From positions 256,001 to 320,000 of the forward strand of contig CAVYSY010000038.1 in assembly GCA_963771175.1 (NCBI GenBank): DNA of 64,000 nucleotides, read 5' to 3'. A model generated the notes under the pieces. That model made no database searches. It was given only the letters and a program-made list of their open reading frames with translations, and was not told the DNA's origin. Below, in pieces: positions 1-13,643 of the stretch. The translations under genes and the position numbers were made by a program. Numbering within the stretch: position 1 is the first letter of the stretch; each line of letters begins with the position of its first letter. This DNA is from an uncultured delta proteobacterium (GTDB lineage: Bacteria; Myxococcota; Myxococcia; Myxococcales; Myxococcaceae).

Positions 1-2226
1 GTACGGCGTCACCAACGCGGGCACCGCCCTGGCCCCGCAGCTGCGCAACCCGGACCGCAACATCTTCGCGAAGATCAGCACCAGCGTCATCCCGAACAGC
101 TACCTGGAGCTGTCGTACAACTTCGTGGGCGCCCTGCAGGACTCGCTGCTCCGCTCGCCGACCGCTCCGTCCGCGGCGACCTCTCCGACCTCGCCCGGCC
201 GCATGCGCGACGGCTACCAGCTGACCAACGCCGGCTACGCCCAGACGACCTCCACCCATACCGCCCGGGCGAAGCTCACCTCAAGCTGGCTCGACGGCAA
301 GCTCTCCAACGAGTTCCTGACGGGCTTCTCCATCATCCGCGACGCCCGGGATCCTTCCTCGGATCTCCCGCTGATCCTCGTCAAGGCCGGCAAGCTCGGC
401 AATGCCGACGCGTGGCTGGCGGCGGGCTCCGAGCGCTTCTCCCAGCTCAACCAGCTGGACCAGGACATCTACCAGATCCAGGACAGCCTCACCCTGGCGC
501 TGGGTGACCACCAGCTCACCGCCGGGACGAGCACCGAGTTCTTCAAGCTCCGCAACGCCTTCCTGCAGGCGGCGACCGGCGTCTGGACCTTCAACAGCAT
601 GGACGACTTCGAGGCCGGACGGGCGAGTGCCTTCCAGCGTCGCTTCGGGCCCAAGGAGTATCAGGGCCTGCAGGAGCCGGGAACGGCCGCGTTCAGCGTG
701 GCGCAGCCGAGCCTCTACCTCCAGGACAACTGGACGCCGTTCAAGGGCCTGACGCTCACGCCCGGTATCCGCGTGGACGTGCCGTTCCTGTCCAAGGCCA
801 ACACCAATCCCGTGCTCGTGGACAACGCCGCGCTCGCCATCGACACGAGCCAGGTGCCCAGCGGCAACCCCCTCTGGTCGCCCCGCCTGGGCTTCAACTG
901 GGACGTGGAAGGCAATGCCAACACCATCGTCCGCGGTGGCGTCGGCGTCTTCTCGGGCCGGCCGCCCTACGTGTGGGTGGCCAATGCGTACAGCATCAAC
1001 GGCCTCTCCCAGGTGGAGCTGACCTGCGCCAGGGGTCCACGGGCGACGGGCCGGTGCCGGAGTTCACCGTCGACCCCTCCAAGCAGCCCTACGACTGCCT
1101 CGGCGGGACCGAGGCGCCCTCGGCGCCCAAGAACCAGGGTGAGATCGACTACTTCGACCCGAAGACCCGGTACCCGCAGAACTTCCGCATGGCGCTCGGC
1201 GCGGACCGGCGCCTGCCCTTTGGCATCATCGCCACCGGCGACGTGCTCTACACGCGGGACATCAACGGTTGGTACACCACCGACGAGAACCTGAGCTACC
1301 AGGGCCAGAGCGGCGAGGGCCGGGCGCTGTACGGCAATCTCTCGACGAGCGGGACGGCGGCCAACACCAGCCTCCGGTCCACGCCCAGCCGCCTCGATGC
1401 GACCAACCTCGTCCAGGCCGTCAAGGTGTTCAACAAGAACGGCGGACAGGTCTTCAACGCGACCCTCCAGCTGCAGAAGGAGATCCGCGACCTCCTGGAT
1501 GTCAGCGTGGCCTACAGCTTCACCAACGCTCGGGACCTCATCTCGCTCACGAGCTCCCAGGCCCTGTCGAACTTCCAGTTCTCGCCCGTGGACGGAGACC
1601 TCGCCAACCGCAACCTCCGGCCGTCGGCGTTCGACCGCACCCACCGCGTCACCGTCACCGCCAGCGGGTCGCTGCCCTACGGCTTCAACGCGGGCGTCAT
1701 CTACACGGGCCAGTCGGGTCTGCCCTACACCTGGACCGTCAACGGTGACGTCAACGCGGACGGCATCAGCGGCAACGACGTGCCGTTCATCCCGGCGGAT
1801 GCCAGCCAGATCTCCATGCGGGACCCCACGCAGTACGAGGCCCTGAACAAGTTCATCGACAGCCAGTCCTGCCTGCGGGATGCCAAGGGCCGGTTGATGC
1901 AGCGCGGCGAGTGCCGCAACCCGTGGCAGAACTTCCTCAACCTGCGCCTCGGCTGGACTTCGCCTGAGTTCGTCAAGGGCCAGCGGCTGGAGCTGCAGGC
2001 GGACATCTTCAACGTCCTGAACCTGCTCAACCCCGAGTGGGGCCTCTTCCAGCAGGACGCGCAGTTCGAGACCCACGGCTCGCAGTTCCTGCGCGCGGTG
2101 GGCTACGACACGGACAACAACCGCCCGATCTACACCTTCTCCGAGCCCAAGGCGGTGACGAACACGGTGTACAGCCCCACCCTCTCCCGGTGGCGGATGC
2201 AGCTCGGCGCGCGGTACGTCTTCTAA
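1..2226 (+). CDS. TonB-dependent receptor, Oar-like (5' end outside window; frameshift near 1030)
   Basis: ORFs 125..1294 and 973..2226 join into a beta-barrel sequence (LYLQDNW, GIRVDVP, SPRLGFNWD, ADIFNVLNLLN) ending in outer-membrane-type C-terminal MQLGARYVF. Confidence 0.85.
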
Positions 2227-2256
2227 GTGCGCCAGAGCCAGACACGGTTGAGCCCG

Positions 2257-2295
2257 GGGCCCTCCGCGAGCAATCGCGGGGGGCCCTTGGTTTTT
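2257..2295 (+). terminator. Intrinsic terminator
   Basis: GC stem gggccctccgcga-gcaa-tcgcggggggccc followed by ttggttttt just after the receptor stop. Confidence 0.75.
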
Positions 2296-2308
2296 ATACG
2301 GTGCTCCC

Positions 2309-3538
2309 ATGTTCCTCCCGCGCTCACGCCTCCTGCTCGTCCCCCTCCTCCTGTCCCTCGCCTGCGCCGCGCCGGCCACGGCGGTGCGCGCCCCCGCCGG
2401 GCCGCCCGACCTGGAGCTGGTGGAGAGCAGCCCGGTGGAGACGACGCTGGACCACCCGGAGATTCCCGACGCCCGGGACGTGTGGCCCGAGATGGTGAAC
2501 GGGGCCACGCGGACGCTGGACGTGGCGCAGTTCTACGTGAGCAACGCGCCGGGCAGCCGGCTGGAGCCGGTGATTCAAGCCATCGAGGCGGCGGCGGACC
2601 GGGGCGTGAAGGTGCGGCTGCTCGCCGAGGAGAAGTTCTACAAGACGTACCCGGAGACGCTGGAGCGGCTGGCGCAGCGGCCCGACATCGAGGTGCGCCG
2701 GCTGGACACGGCGAGGTCCATGGGTGGCGTGCTGCACGCCAAGTACTTCGTGGTGGACGGGCGAGAGGCGTTCCTGGGGAGCCAGAACTTCGACTGGCGC
2801 TCGCTGGAGCACATCCAGGAGCTCGGGCTGCGCATCCGCGTGCCCGAGGTGGTGCGCTCGCTCGCGGACGTCTTCGAGCGGGACTGGGCCCTGGCGGTGG
2901 GCGGTACGGCGCCGGCCACCGCGGCGGTGGGCGACCCGTTCCCGGCGCGCTTCGCGGGAGGCACGGTGCGGGTGACGCCGGCGCACAGCCCCGAGGGCTA
3001 CCTGCCGGACCCGGGCACGTGGGACCTGCCCAAGCTGGTGAAGCTCATCGACGGGGCGAAGCGCTCGGTGCGGGTGCAGCTCCTCACGTACAAGGCGAAG
3101 GCGCGAGACGGGAGCCCCTTCCCCGAGCTGGACGAGGCGCTGAAGCGGGCCGCGGCGCGCGGGGTGAAGGTGGAGCTGCTGCTGGCGGACTGGAGCAAGC
3201 GCAAGGGCACCATCGAGGGACTGCAGGCGATGCACGCGCCGCCGGGGCTGACGGTGAAGCTCGTCACCATTCCCCAGGGCTCGGCCGGGTTCATCCCGTT
3301 CGCGCGCGTGGTGCACGCGAAGTACATGGTGGTGGACGGCGAGCGAGCGTGGCTCGGCACGAGCAACTGGGAGCGCGACTACTTCACGCAGAGCCGCAAC
3401 GTGGGCGTCATCGTGGAGGGAGAGGCCTTCGCCAGCCAGCTCGAGCGCTTCTTCGCCGATGGCTGGTCGAGCCCCTACGCCGTCGAGGTGGACCCGAAGG
3501 CCACCTACACGGCCCCGAACATCAGCGGCACGCCGTAG
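2309..3538 (+). CDS. Phospholipase D family lipoprotein
   Basis: Two HKD motifs (HAKYFVVD..GSQN, HAKYMVVD..GTSN); lipobox-like LSLAC. Confidence 0.9.
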   Translation: MFLPRSRLLLVPLLLSLACAAPATAVRAPAGPPDLELVESSPVETTLDHPEIPDARDVWPEMVNGATRTLDVAQFYVSNAPGSRLEPVIQAIEAAADRGVKVRLLAEEKFYKTYPETLERLAQRPDIEVRRLDTARSMGGVLHAKYFVVDGREAFLGSQNFDWRSLEHIQELGLRIRVPEVVRSLADVFERDWALAVGGTAPATAAVGDPFPARFAGGTVRVTPAHSPEGYLPDPGTWDLPKLVKLIDGAKRSVRVQLLTYKAKARDGSPFPELDEALKRAAARGVKVELLLADWSKRKGTIEGLQAMHAPPGLTVKLVTIPQGSAGFIPFARVVHAKYMVVDGERAWLGTSNWERDYFTQSRNVGVIVEGEAFASQLERFFADGWSSPYAVEVDPKATYTAPNISGTP

Positions 3539-3547
3539 GCCAGCGGC

Positions 3548-4204
3548 TCAAATCCGCGAAGCGCCGACGGGCAGGTTCCGCAGGCGCTCCAGCTCCTCGC
3601 GGGTGAGGGGGTCCTCCCCGCGCAGGAATCGCTCCAGGTGGCCCAGGGAGTCGACGCCGAAGAAGAGCTCCCCGTCGGCCACCACGGTGGGCACGCCGAA
3701 GCCCTGCAGCGCGAGCAGCTCCTCCGTGTTTCGGCGCACCTGGTCCTTCACGGCTGGCGTCCCCGCCGCCGCGAGCAGCGCCCGCGCATCGAGTCCCACC
3801 GCCTCCACCACCGCACCCACGCGCTCGGGCTCCATCAGCCCTCCACCCCCGGCCCACGCCGCCGCGTAGAGCGCGGAGACGAGCCGGCGCCGGGCCTCCG
3901 CATCCTGCACGGCGGCCGTTACCCGGAGCGCGAGCAGCGGGTTGAAGGGGTGCGCCGCGGGCATGACGAAGGGCACGCCGAGCTCGTGGGCGAGCCGCGT
4001 CGTGTGCTTGTAGATGTAGAAGCGTTTGCTCGGGACCTCCGCGGGCCCCATCGTGCCGAGCGCGTTGAGCACGCCCGCGAAGAGGACCGGCACGAGCTCC
4101 ACCGCTCGGCCGTGACGCTCGGCCAGCGCCGGGAGCTGCGTCCACGCGAGATACGAATACGGCGAGACGTAGTCGAAAAAGAAGCGGAGAGGAGCGCGGT
4201 TCAT
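3548..4204 (-). CDS. DsbA-like 2-hydroxychromene-2-carboxylate isomerase / kappa GST family
   Basis: FFFDYVSPYSY at N-terminus, GFGVPT..DGELFFGVD at C-terminus. Confidence 0.85.
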   Translation of the reverse strand: MNRAPLRFFFDYVSPYSYLAWTQLPALAERHGRAVELVPVLFAGVLNALGTMGPAEVPSKRFYIYKHTTRLAHELGVPFVMPAAHPFNPLLALRVTAAVQDAEARRRLVSALYAAAWAGGGGLMEPERVGAVVEAVGLDARALLAAAGTPAVKDQVRRNTEELLALQGFGVPTVVADGELFFGVDSLGHLERFLRGEDPLTREELERLRNLPVGASRI

Positions 4205-4305
4205 GACACGGACTCTACGTCCCTCCGGCCTCCAGGGAGCCCAGCTGTGTGACCGCCAACGCAGGGTCCGCGCCATCGTGGCCAACTCGCCCGTGAACCG
4301 ACAAG

Positions 4306-5727
4306 GTGGCGCGCATGCTCCAGGCCACGGACACCGTCGACTACGCGAGTGCTCGGGGTCGCGGCGTGCTGCTCGCGAGCGTGCTCGGCAGCAGCATGGC
4401 ATTCATCGACACCACCGCCGTCAACGTGGCCCTCCATGTGCTCGGCGAGGAGCTCGGCACCGGGCTGTCCGGCCTGCAATGGACCGTGGATGCCTACCTC
4501 CTGACCCTGGGTGCCCTCGTCCTCACCGGCGGAGCACTCGGGGATGCCTTCGGCCAGCGGCGCATCTTCCTCGTCGGGCTCGGTGCCTTCGCGGTGACGT
4601 CCGTGCTCTGTGGCCTCGCGACCAGCGTGGGACTCCTCGCCGCCGCACGCGCCGCCCAGGGCCTCGGCGCAGCGCTCCTCGTCCCCACCAGCCTCGCCCT
4701 GCTGCGCACCTGCTTCTCCGAGCAGGACCGGGGCCGCGCCGTCGCCGCCTGGGCCGGCCTCTCCGGTGTCAGCACCGCCGTGGGCCCGCTCCTGGGGGGA
4801 TGGCTCATCGACGTCTGGTCCTGGCGCGCCGTCTTCTTCCTCAACCTCCCCATCGCCGTGTTCGCCGCCTGGGCTGGCCGCCGCTTCGTCCCCGCCATCG
4901 CCCCCGCTCGTTCCGCACGAGAGCTCGATTACGGAGGCGCTCTCAGTGCCACGCTCGGGCTCGGTGGCCTCGTCTTCGCGCTCATCGAGGGCCCCTCGCA
5001 TGGGTGGTCCGCCGCGGCCCTCCTCGCGGGCATCGGTGGGCTCGTCTCGCTCGGGCTCTTCGTCCTGCTCCAGGCTCGGGGCAGGCACCCCATGCTGCCC
5101 CTCGACATCTTCCGCTCCCGCTCCTTCGTCGGCGCCAACGTCACCACCCTCGCCGTCTACTTCGCGCTCGGCGGGGCCACCTTCTTCATCGTGCTCGCGC
5201 TCCAGCAGGAGGTGGGCTACTCGCCCCTGGCCGCCGGCGCCTCGCTGCTCCCCATCACGGTGTTGCTGCTCGTGCTCTCCCCCTCCGTGGGCGGGGTCAC
5301 CCAGCGGATTGGCGCGCGCATCCCCATGGTCGTCGGCCCGCTCGTCTGCGCCGCCGGGCTCGCCCTGTTCACCCTCATCGAGCGCGGTGGCTCCTATGCG
5401 GGCTCGGTGCTCCCCGGCGCGGTGGCACTCGGGCTCGGGCTTGCCGTCACCGTGGGGCCGCTCACCGCCACCGTGCTCGACAGCGTCGCGGGCCAGTACG
5501 CGGGCATCGCCTCGGGGTTCAACAACGCCGTGGCTCGCATCGCCGGGTTGCTCGCCGTGGCCCTGCTGCCCGCGCTGAGTGGCCTCGTGGGTCGCTCCGG
5601 CACGGACTTCCTCGCGGGCGTCCACCGCGCCTTGTGGATCTCCGCTGGGCTGTGTGTCGTGGGTGCCGTCTGTTCCTGGGTGTTCATCCCAGGTGGGAAG
5701 AAAGCGGGCGGGGCCAAGGCGGGGTGA
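4306..5727 (+). CDS. MFS transporter, DHA2 (EmrB/QacA-like)
   Basis: About 14 hydrophobic segments; IDTTAVNVAL, LQWTVDAYLL, GALGDAFGQRR, WRAVFFLNLP. Confidence 0.9.
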   Translation: MARMLQATDTVDYASARGRGVLLASVLGSSMAFIDTTAVNVALHVLGEELGTGLSGLQWTVDAYLLTLGALVLTGGALGDAFGQRRIFLVGLGAFAVTSVLCGLATSVGLLAAARAAQGLGAALLVPTSLALLRTCFSEQDRGRAVAAWAGLSGVSTAVGPLLGGWLIDVWSWRAVFFLNLPIAVFAAWAGRRFVPAIAPARSARELDYGGALSATLGLGGLVFALIEGPSHGWSAAALLAGIGGLVSLGLFVLLQARGRHPMLPLDIFRSRSFVGANVTTLAVYFALGGATFFIVLALQQEVGYSPLAAGASLLPITVLLLVLSPSVGGVTQRIGARIPMVVGPLVCAAGLALFTLIERGGSYAGSVLPGAVALGLGLAVTVGPLTATVLDSVAGQYAGIASGFNNAVARIAGLLAVALLPALSGLVGRSGTDFLAGVHRALWISAGLCVVGAVCSWVFIPGGKKAGGAKAG

Positions 5728-5744
5728 GCAAGGTCAGGACAAGC

Positions 5745-6245
5745 TCAGGAGCCACGGCCGTCAAGCAGCCGCTTCACATGAGGCCAGAGTTCACCATGCT
5801 TGCTCGGAGACCACTTCGCGAAGTCTTCGAGCAAGAACCAGGCGGTTCCCGGGGAATCGCTGGAGCGTGCAGGCGCGAGGTAGGCCATTTCGATTGCTGC
5901 ATCATCGTGGGCGTTGATGGACCTCACCCGTTGGAGCAGGAAGTCGTAGCGTTCCTTGTGGCGCGAGGTGCTCCTGATCTTCTCGATGTCTTCGAGGAGT
6001 TCCTTCATCTTGCGGCCACTTGCCCGCCTGTAGATCTCCTCCTGCTCCTTTCGGAACGACTCTTTCGCTGTCTTCAGTTCGAGAAGAATCCAGGCCGGCT
6101 TCGGCCCCTCGCGATAGAGCAGGTAATCCGCATTGGTGCTCAGGTTGCTGTCCTCCTTCTTCAGGGGGAACTCGGGCGCCACTGCTCGTTGTGCACCAGC
6201 CAGTTCCGGCACCACTACCGCTGTTGCTCCAGGCTCGTGCAACAT
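5745..6245 (-). CDS. Hypothetical protein, possible PD-(D/E)xK nuclease fold
   Basis: ADYLLY...WILLELKT resembles D-xn-ExK; start uncertain. Confidence 0.45.
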   Translation of the reverse strand: MLHEPGATAVVVPELAGAQRAVAPEFPLKKEDSNLSTNADYLLYREGPKPAWILLELKTAKESFRKEQEEIYRRASGRKMKELLEDIEKIRSTSRHKERYDFLLQRVRSINAHDDAAIEMAYLAPARSSDSPGTAWFLLEDFAKWSPSKHGELWPHVKRLLDGRGS

Positions 6246-6303
6246 TCCAGGGTGCCCAACTCCCGGAGTAAGTTACTCAGCTCATCTTGAGGGAGAGGCA
6301 GTC

Positions 6304-7071
6304 ATGGGCGACACACCTTCATGGAGCGGCGGCAGGCTGGGGCCGTACCGCCTGGGCAGGCGTTACTGGGACCTCGGCGCGGACCTGGGGCGGCTCCACG
6401 AGGCGCACAACCTCGAGACGGGGGCCTTCGCCGTGGTGCTGGCTCCGGGGGAAGAGACGTGGCGCCCGCGCACGGCCTGGACGGTGCGCGTCACGAGTGG
6501 GGTGTCGCCCCCGCTCGTCACCGTGGAGCTGGAGCACGCGCCGGATGCGGAGGCTCCCGCCTTCCACGAGCTGCCGCTGATGTTCGACCTGCTCACGGGC
6601 ACGATGGGGAACCTCCGCACCCAGGACCGGGCGGACGTGCTTGCCCACCTCACCCGGCAGCCCCGGGGCGCGTGGCCGGGGCGACTGCTCGCACGTTGGC
6701 CCTGGCTGCTCGCGGGAGCCGGAGCCGCCGTGGCCGCGGGGCTCGCGCTGACACTGTGGTCACGTCCGCCCGAGCCCGCGGAGGTGAAGCAGTCCCTGGA
6801 GGTGACCGAGGCCGCGCGCGACGAGCCCATCGTCTTCTCCGACGGGCAGGACAGCACGCCGCAGATCATCGGCTACCCCATGCCGGATGCACCCTTCAAG
6901 CAACAGCGGAGGCCGCCGTGCCTCAAGGGAACCGAGGTGGAGATTCGCGGTGGCTGCTGGGTCCCCCTCGAATACCGCCCCCCCTGTCCCAGGAGCACGG
7001 CCGAGTACGAGGGCAAGTGCTACATCCCCGTCGGGAAGAAGGACCCACCGCCAACCTCACTCCAGCCCTGA
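6304..7071 (+). CDS. Membrane protein with kinase-like N-terminal remnant and Cys-rich C-terminal domain
   Basis: RLGPYRLGRR start, one TM segment, C-terminal PMP..PF..Q.RPPC...IRGGCW...PC...GKCYIPV typical of myxobacterial kinase tails. Confidence 0.65.
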   Translation: MGDTPSWSGGRLGPYRLGRRYWDLGADLGRLHEAHNLETGAFAVVLAPGEETWRPRTAWTVRVTSGVSPPLVTVELEHAPDAEAPAFHELPLMFDLLTGTMGNLRTQDRADVLAHLTRQPRGAWPGRLLARWPWLLAGAGAAVAAGLALTLWSRPPEPAEVKQSLEVTEAARDEPIVFSDGQDSTPQIIGYPMPDAPFKQQRRPPCLKGTEVEIRGGCWVPLEYRPPCPRSTAEYEGKCYIPVGKKDPPPTSLQP

Positions 7072-7086
7072 GCCCAAGGACACCTC

Positions 7087-8028
7087 GTGCGCCCGACCCG
7101 ATTGTTGCTCGCCCTGCTCGCGCTTCTCGGCACCGCTTGTGCCACCACCGCGAAGCAGGTTCCCGCCTCCGCTCCACAGTCCGCCGCCGTGGCGGAGCAG
7201 CGCGCCTTCCTCTGGGAGGTGACGCGCCCTGGCACTCCGGACAAGGTGCTCTACCTCACCGGCTCGATCCACATGGGCCAGCCCGGCCAGTTCGCCTTCC
7301 CTCCTTCCATGGAAGCCGCGTTCGCCCGCTCTCAGGCGCTGGTGGTGGAGTTGGATCCGAGCACGGTGGCCCCGCAGAAGGCACAGCAACTGGTGATGCT
7401 CATGGGCCTCTACACCCCGCCCGATGGCCTGAGCGCGCACCTGAGCCCCGAGACACGGGCGCTCCTGCCCGAGGCGCTCCAGCGTGTGGGACTCCCCCCG
7501 GAGGCCGTCGAGCGCATGCAGCCCTGGCTGGTGTACATGACGCTCTCCGTGCTGGAGCTGCAGCGGATCGGATACTCGGAGGCGGGCGGCGTCGACCGGC
7601 TGCTGTTGACCCGGGCGCGAGGCAGCAACAAGGCCATCGTGGAGTTGGAGACGATCGAAGGCCAGATGCGGATGCTCGCCAGCTTCTCCGACGAGGTGCA
7701 GGAGCTCATGCTGAGGGATCAGCTCCAGGCCTCCGCCCTGATGGCGGTCCACATGGCGCGCATGACCACCGCATGGGAGAGCGGAAACCCCGAGGCGCTG
7801 AGCCAGCTCCTCTTCGAGAAGAAGGATGATCCCGCCTACCGCCCCTTCTACGAGGGCCTCTTCTTCACCCGCAACCGGCAGATGGCGGACAAGCTCGTCG
7901 CGCTGTTCGACAAGCCGGAGACCCACTTCGTCGTAGTGGGCGCCGGCCACGTCGTGGGCGAGCAGGGCCTCCTCGACCTCCTGGCCCGCAAAGGCTTCCA
8001 GGTGCGCCAGCTCCCCCGCGAGCCCTGA
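7087..8028 (+). CDS. TraB/GumN family lipoprotein
   Basis: Lipobox LGTAC; FLWEV, YLTGSIH, GVD, ELET..Q, RN..M, FVVVGAGH motifs. Confidence 0.9.
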   Translation: MRPTRLLLALLALLGTACATTAKQVPASAPQSAAVAEQRAFLWEVTRPGTPDKVLYLTGSIHMGQPGQFAFPPSMEAAFARSQALVVELDPSTVAPQKAQQLVMLMGLYTPPDGLSAHLSPETRALLPEALQRVGLPPEAVERMQPWLVYMTLSVLELQRIGYSEAGGVDRLLLTRARGSNKAIVELETIEGQMRMLASFSDEVQELMLRDQLQASALMAVHMARMTTAWESGNPEALSQLLFEKKDDPAYRPFYEGLFFTRNRQMADKLVALFDKPETHFVVVGAGHVVGEQGLLDLLARKGFQVRQLPREP

Positions 8029-8040
8029 GACGGCGGGGGC

Positions 8041-9396
<1,356 letters not shown>

Positions 9397-9802
9397 GCCT
9401 TCACCTCGCTCGCGTCCGGCCCGGCCCGGGCGCCTCATGGGCGCCTCGACGCTCCTCCAGTCATACCCTCGGAGCAAACACGAGACCCGGCCGTGCCCGT
9501 GCCCGGCCACGCGTCGTCCCCACCAGCGCGCAGGACGGCTTCGGTGCTCGTCCGCCCGGCGAAGTAGCCGGCGCACTTCACGGCCGAGCAGTCCCGAGGC
9601 CGGTCCCATTCACGGGGCCGGCCTTTTCGTTTTCCAGAAGCACGGGCATTTGACGGAGGCACCGCATGTTCCGGAAGACGCGTGGTGACAATCCAACGCT
9701 CAGGCGCGTTTCCCCTTTCATGACGCGGAGCGGCACCTGCCTATCGTCGGCGCCCTCTCCCCTGCCGTTGTCAATCAACCCAAATCCACCGTCGAGGTCC
9801 GA

Positions 9803-11331
<1,529 letters not shown>

Positions 11332-11353
11332 GCCAGGAGTCGAGGGTCCTGAA

Positions 11354-11746
11354 ATGGCCATCGAGCGCGTTGCCGTCACCCCCGCCGCCGAGGCCCTGCT
11401 GCGCAAGCTGCAGGGCCTCCACGGCCCCCTGATGTTCCATCAATCGGGAGGGTGCTGCGACGGCAGCGCGCCCATGTGCTTTCCGAGGGGCGAGTTCAAG
11501 GTGGGCCAGGAGGACGTGTTCCTCGGCACCATCGTGGACACGCCCTTCTACATCAGCGGTCCTCAGTTCGAGTACTGGCAGCACACGCACCTGACGGTGG
11601 ACGTGGTGAAGGGGCGCGGCAGCGGCTTCTCGGCCGAGGCCCCCGAGGGCGTGCGCTTCCTCATCCGCTCGCGCGTCTTCACCGACGACGAGTACCACGC
11701 CCTCCAGAAGGAAGGCCCACCTCCACGAGGGCCCCAGCACGGCTGA
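11354..11746 (+). CDS. DUF779 family protein
   Basis: HGPLMFHQSGGCCDGSAPMC motif; typical position after AldB-type dehydrogenase. Confidence 0.9.
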   Translation: MAIERVAVTPAAEALLRKLQGLHGPLMFHQSGGCCDGSAPMCFPRGEFKVGQEDVFLGTIVDTPFYISGPQFEYWQHTHLTVDVVKGRGSGFSAEAPEGVRFLIRSRVFTDDEYHALQKEGPPPRGPQHG

Positions 11747-11759
11747 GAGGAGGGGGTCA

Positions 11760-11925
11760 TGCGGTCCACGAGCGCGGGGAGAAGGGGCGATATGGAGACC
11801 TCATCGCCGTCTCCGGAGACCCGCTGGCCGATGTGACCGAGCTCCAGCGGGTGCGCTTCGTCATGAAGGGCGGAGCCGTCGTGCGCAACGACCTCCCCGC
11901 CCCGCCGCGCGCTCAGAGCTTGTAG
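11760..11925 (+). pseudogene. 3' remnant of an amidohydrolase family gene
   Basis: GRYGDLIAVSGDPLADVTELQRVRFVMKGGAVVRND is the characteristic C-terminus; no N-terminal part present. Confidence 0.7.
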
Positions 11926-13340
11926 AGGCCGAGTCCCACCCACGGCAGCGGGAAGGGGAATCCCCCACGTCCGTCCTGGGTCTCCGGCAGGTACACCCAG
12001 AGCGCCGCCAGGTCGAGGCGCACGCGCAGCCGGTCCAACGCCACCGGCCCGCGAGGCGTGTCGGAGCCCAGCAGCCAGCGCACGCCCGTGGTGCCGAACG
12101 AGTCGGCGAAGGGCTTGCGCGGGAAGAACTCCGCCGCGAGCTCGCTGTGGGGCCCGAGCACGTACTGCGCTCCCACGAAGGCCTGGAACTGGGTGGGAAT
12201 GCGCGGGAGGGTGGTGCTCGTGGCGCCCCCCGTCCCCGTCGGGTCGTCGCCCCCCGTCATCGTGCCGCCCACCACGATGGCGGCCTTCTGCGGAACGAGG
12301 TGGTGGTTGTCGAGCACATAGGCACCCGCGGTGAGCTGGAAGTCACCGAAGTGCTTGGCCGCCACGGCGGTGAAGAGGTTGAACTGGAGGTTGGCTCCAC
12401 CGGCCCCGGCCACCCCACCGGCGGCCACGCCATTGCCGAGCAGCACGATGCCCGCGCCTCCCACCGCTCCCGCGAAGAGGTTGAGGAAGTCATAGGAGGC
12501 GGACACGCCCGGCAGGTAGCGCGACTCGTCGAGCAGCTTCACCTTGAGGCCCAGGTCGAAGGTGCCGAGCACCCCGAGCGCCGCTCCGCCCGCGCCTCCC
12601 ACCACGTGGATGAGGGGAAGAGGCACGCCGCCCGCGACCGGAATGGGGAGAGCGCCGCCCCACATGTCGAGCTGCACGCGCCGCCCCAGCCCCACGCCCG
12701 CGCGGAAGAGCAGGAGCTCGTCATTGCTCACCACCAGCTCGCCGGGTTCCAGCGTGAGGGCCGTGGGCGTGAGGAACAGCCGCTCGTCCGCGGCACGCCG
12801 GGTGACGAAGTCCTCGCGCCGGTAGTCCATCTCCCGGCCGAGCGCATCGCCCGCCTCGTAGCCCGCGCGCGAGGCCAGCGACGACGGCTCACCCGCCGCC
12901 TCCCACCGCACGAGGCCGAGCTTCCGCTCTCCCTGGGGCGCCAGCAGCGTGCCCTCGATGGCCAGCCGCCCGCCCGCCTTCTCGAACTCGGTGAGCCCGA
13001 ACACCGTCCGCGCCTGCTCGGCGACGTGCTCGGAGGTCGAGGACACACTCTTGCGGGGCGAGAGGGACTCCACGACGCGGAGCTCCAGCTTCAGGGGCTC
13101 ACCGCTCACGTCCGAGGGCCCGCGGGTCCGGCTGTCCACCGCTCGCTGGAAGGACTCCCGCAGCGCCTTCTTCAGCTCCTCGGGCACGTCGTCGCCCTTC
13201 ACCTCGACCGCCACGCCGCGCGCCTCGTCATAGTGGCCGAGCGCGTCCACCTTCACCTGCCGCACGCTGCCCAGCACACAGCCGGTGAGCGGCAAGGCGA
13301 GACACACCGCCAGCCAGCGCCAATCCATCATCCGCATCAT
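11913..13340 (-). CDS. Hypothetical lipoprotein, possibly with beta-barrel C-terminal part
   Basis: Lipobox LTGC; Gly-rich amphipathic strands; ends WVGLGLYKL. Confidence 0.65.
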   Translation of the reverse strand: MMRMMDWRWLAVCLALPLTGCVLGSVRQVKVDALGHYDEARGVAVEVKGDDVPEELKKALRESFQRAVDSRTRGPSDVSGEPLKLELRVVESLSPRKSVSSTSEHVAEQARTVFGLTEFEKAGGRLAIEGTLLAPQGERKLGLVRWEAAGEPSSLASRAGYEAGDALGREMDYRREDFVTRRAADERLFLTPTALTLEPGELVVSNDELLLFRAGVGLGRRVQLDMWGGALPIPVAGGVPLPLIHVVGGAGGAALGVLGTFDLGLKVKLLDESRYLPGVSASYDFLNLFAGAVGGAGIVLLGNGVAAGGVAGAGGANLQFNLFTAVAAKHFGDFQLTAGAYVLDNHHLVPQKAAIVVGGTMTGGDDPTGTGGATSTTLPRIPTQFQAFVGAQYVLGPHSELAAEFFPRKPFADSFGTTGVRWLLGSDTPRGPVALDRLRVRLDLAALWVYLPETQDGRGGFPFPLPWVGLGLYKL

Positions 13341-13476
13341 CACGTCCCCTCCCGCTCCACGCGGAGAAATGGCGGCCATCCTGCTCCGGCGGCGCGCGCG
13401 GAGTCACCTCCCCACATCCTCCGCGAGACCCCCTCCGCGCGCTCGCGGGCAGCACCCCGGGGCACACTTTCCCCCA

Positions 13477-13619
13477 ACTGGTCCGATGGTCGGACCAGTA
13501 CGTGAAAAGCGCGCCCGGAAGGCCCGCGAGGCACGGAGAAGAGGGGGACCCTCCTGGCTCGTTCGCGAGAAACCTGTCCGACTGTCGGACAGGTTTTTGA
13601 AAAGCGCGCCCGGGAGGCC
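13477..13619. repeat. Two tandem palindromic (REP-like) units
   Basis: actggtccga-tgg-tcggaccagt (13477-13499) and aaacctgtccgac-t-gtcggacaggttt (13570-13596), each followed by tgaaaagcgcgcccgg(a/g)aggcc. Confidence 0.8.
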
Positions 13620-13643
13620 GACGGATTGGACGGTCGAAAAGGG

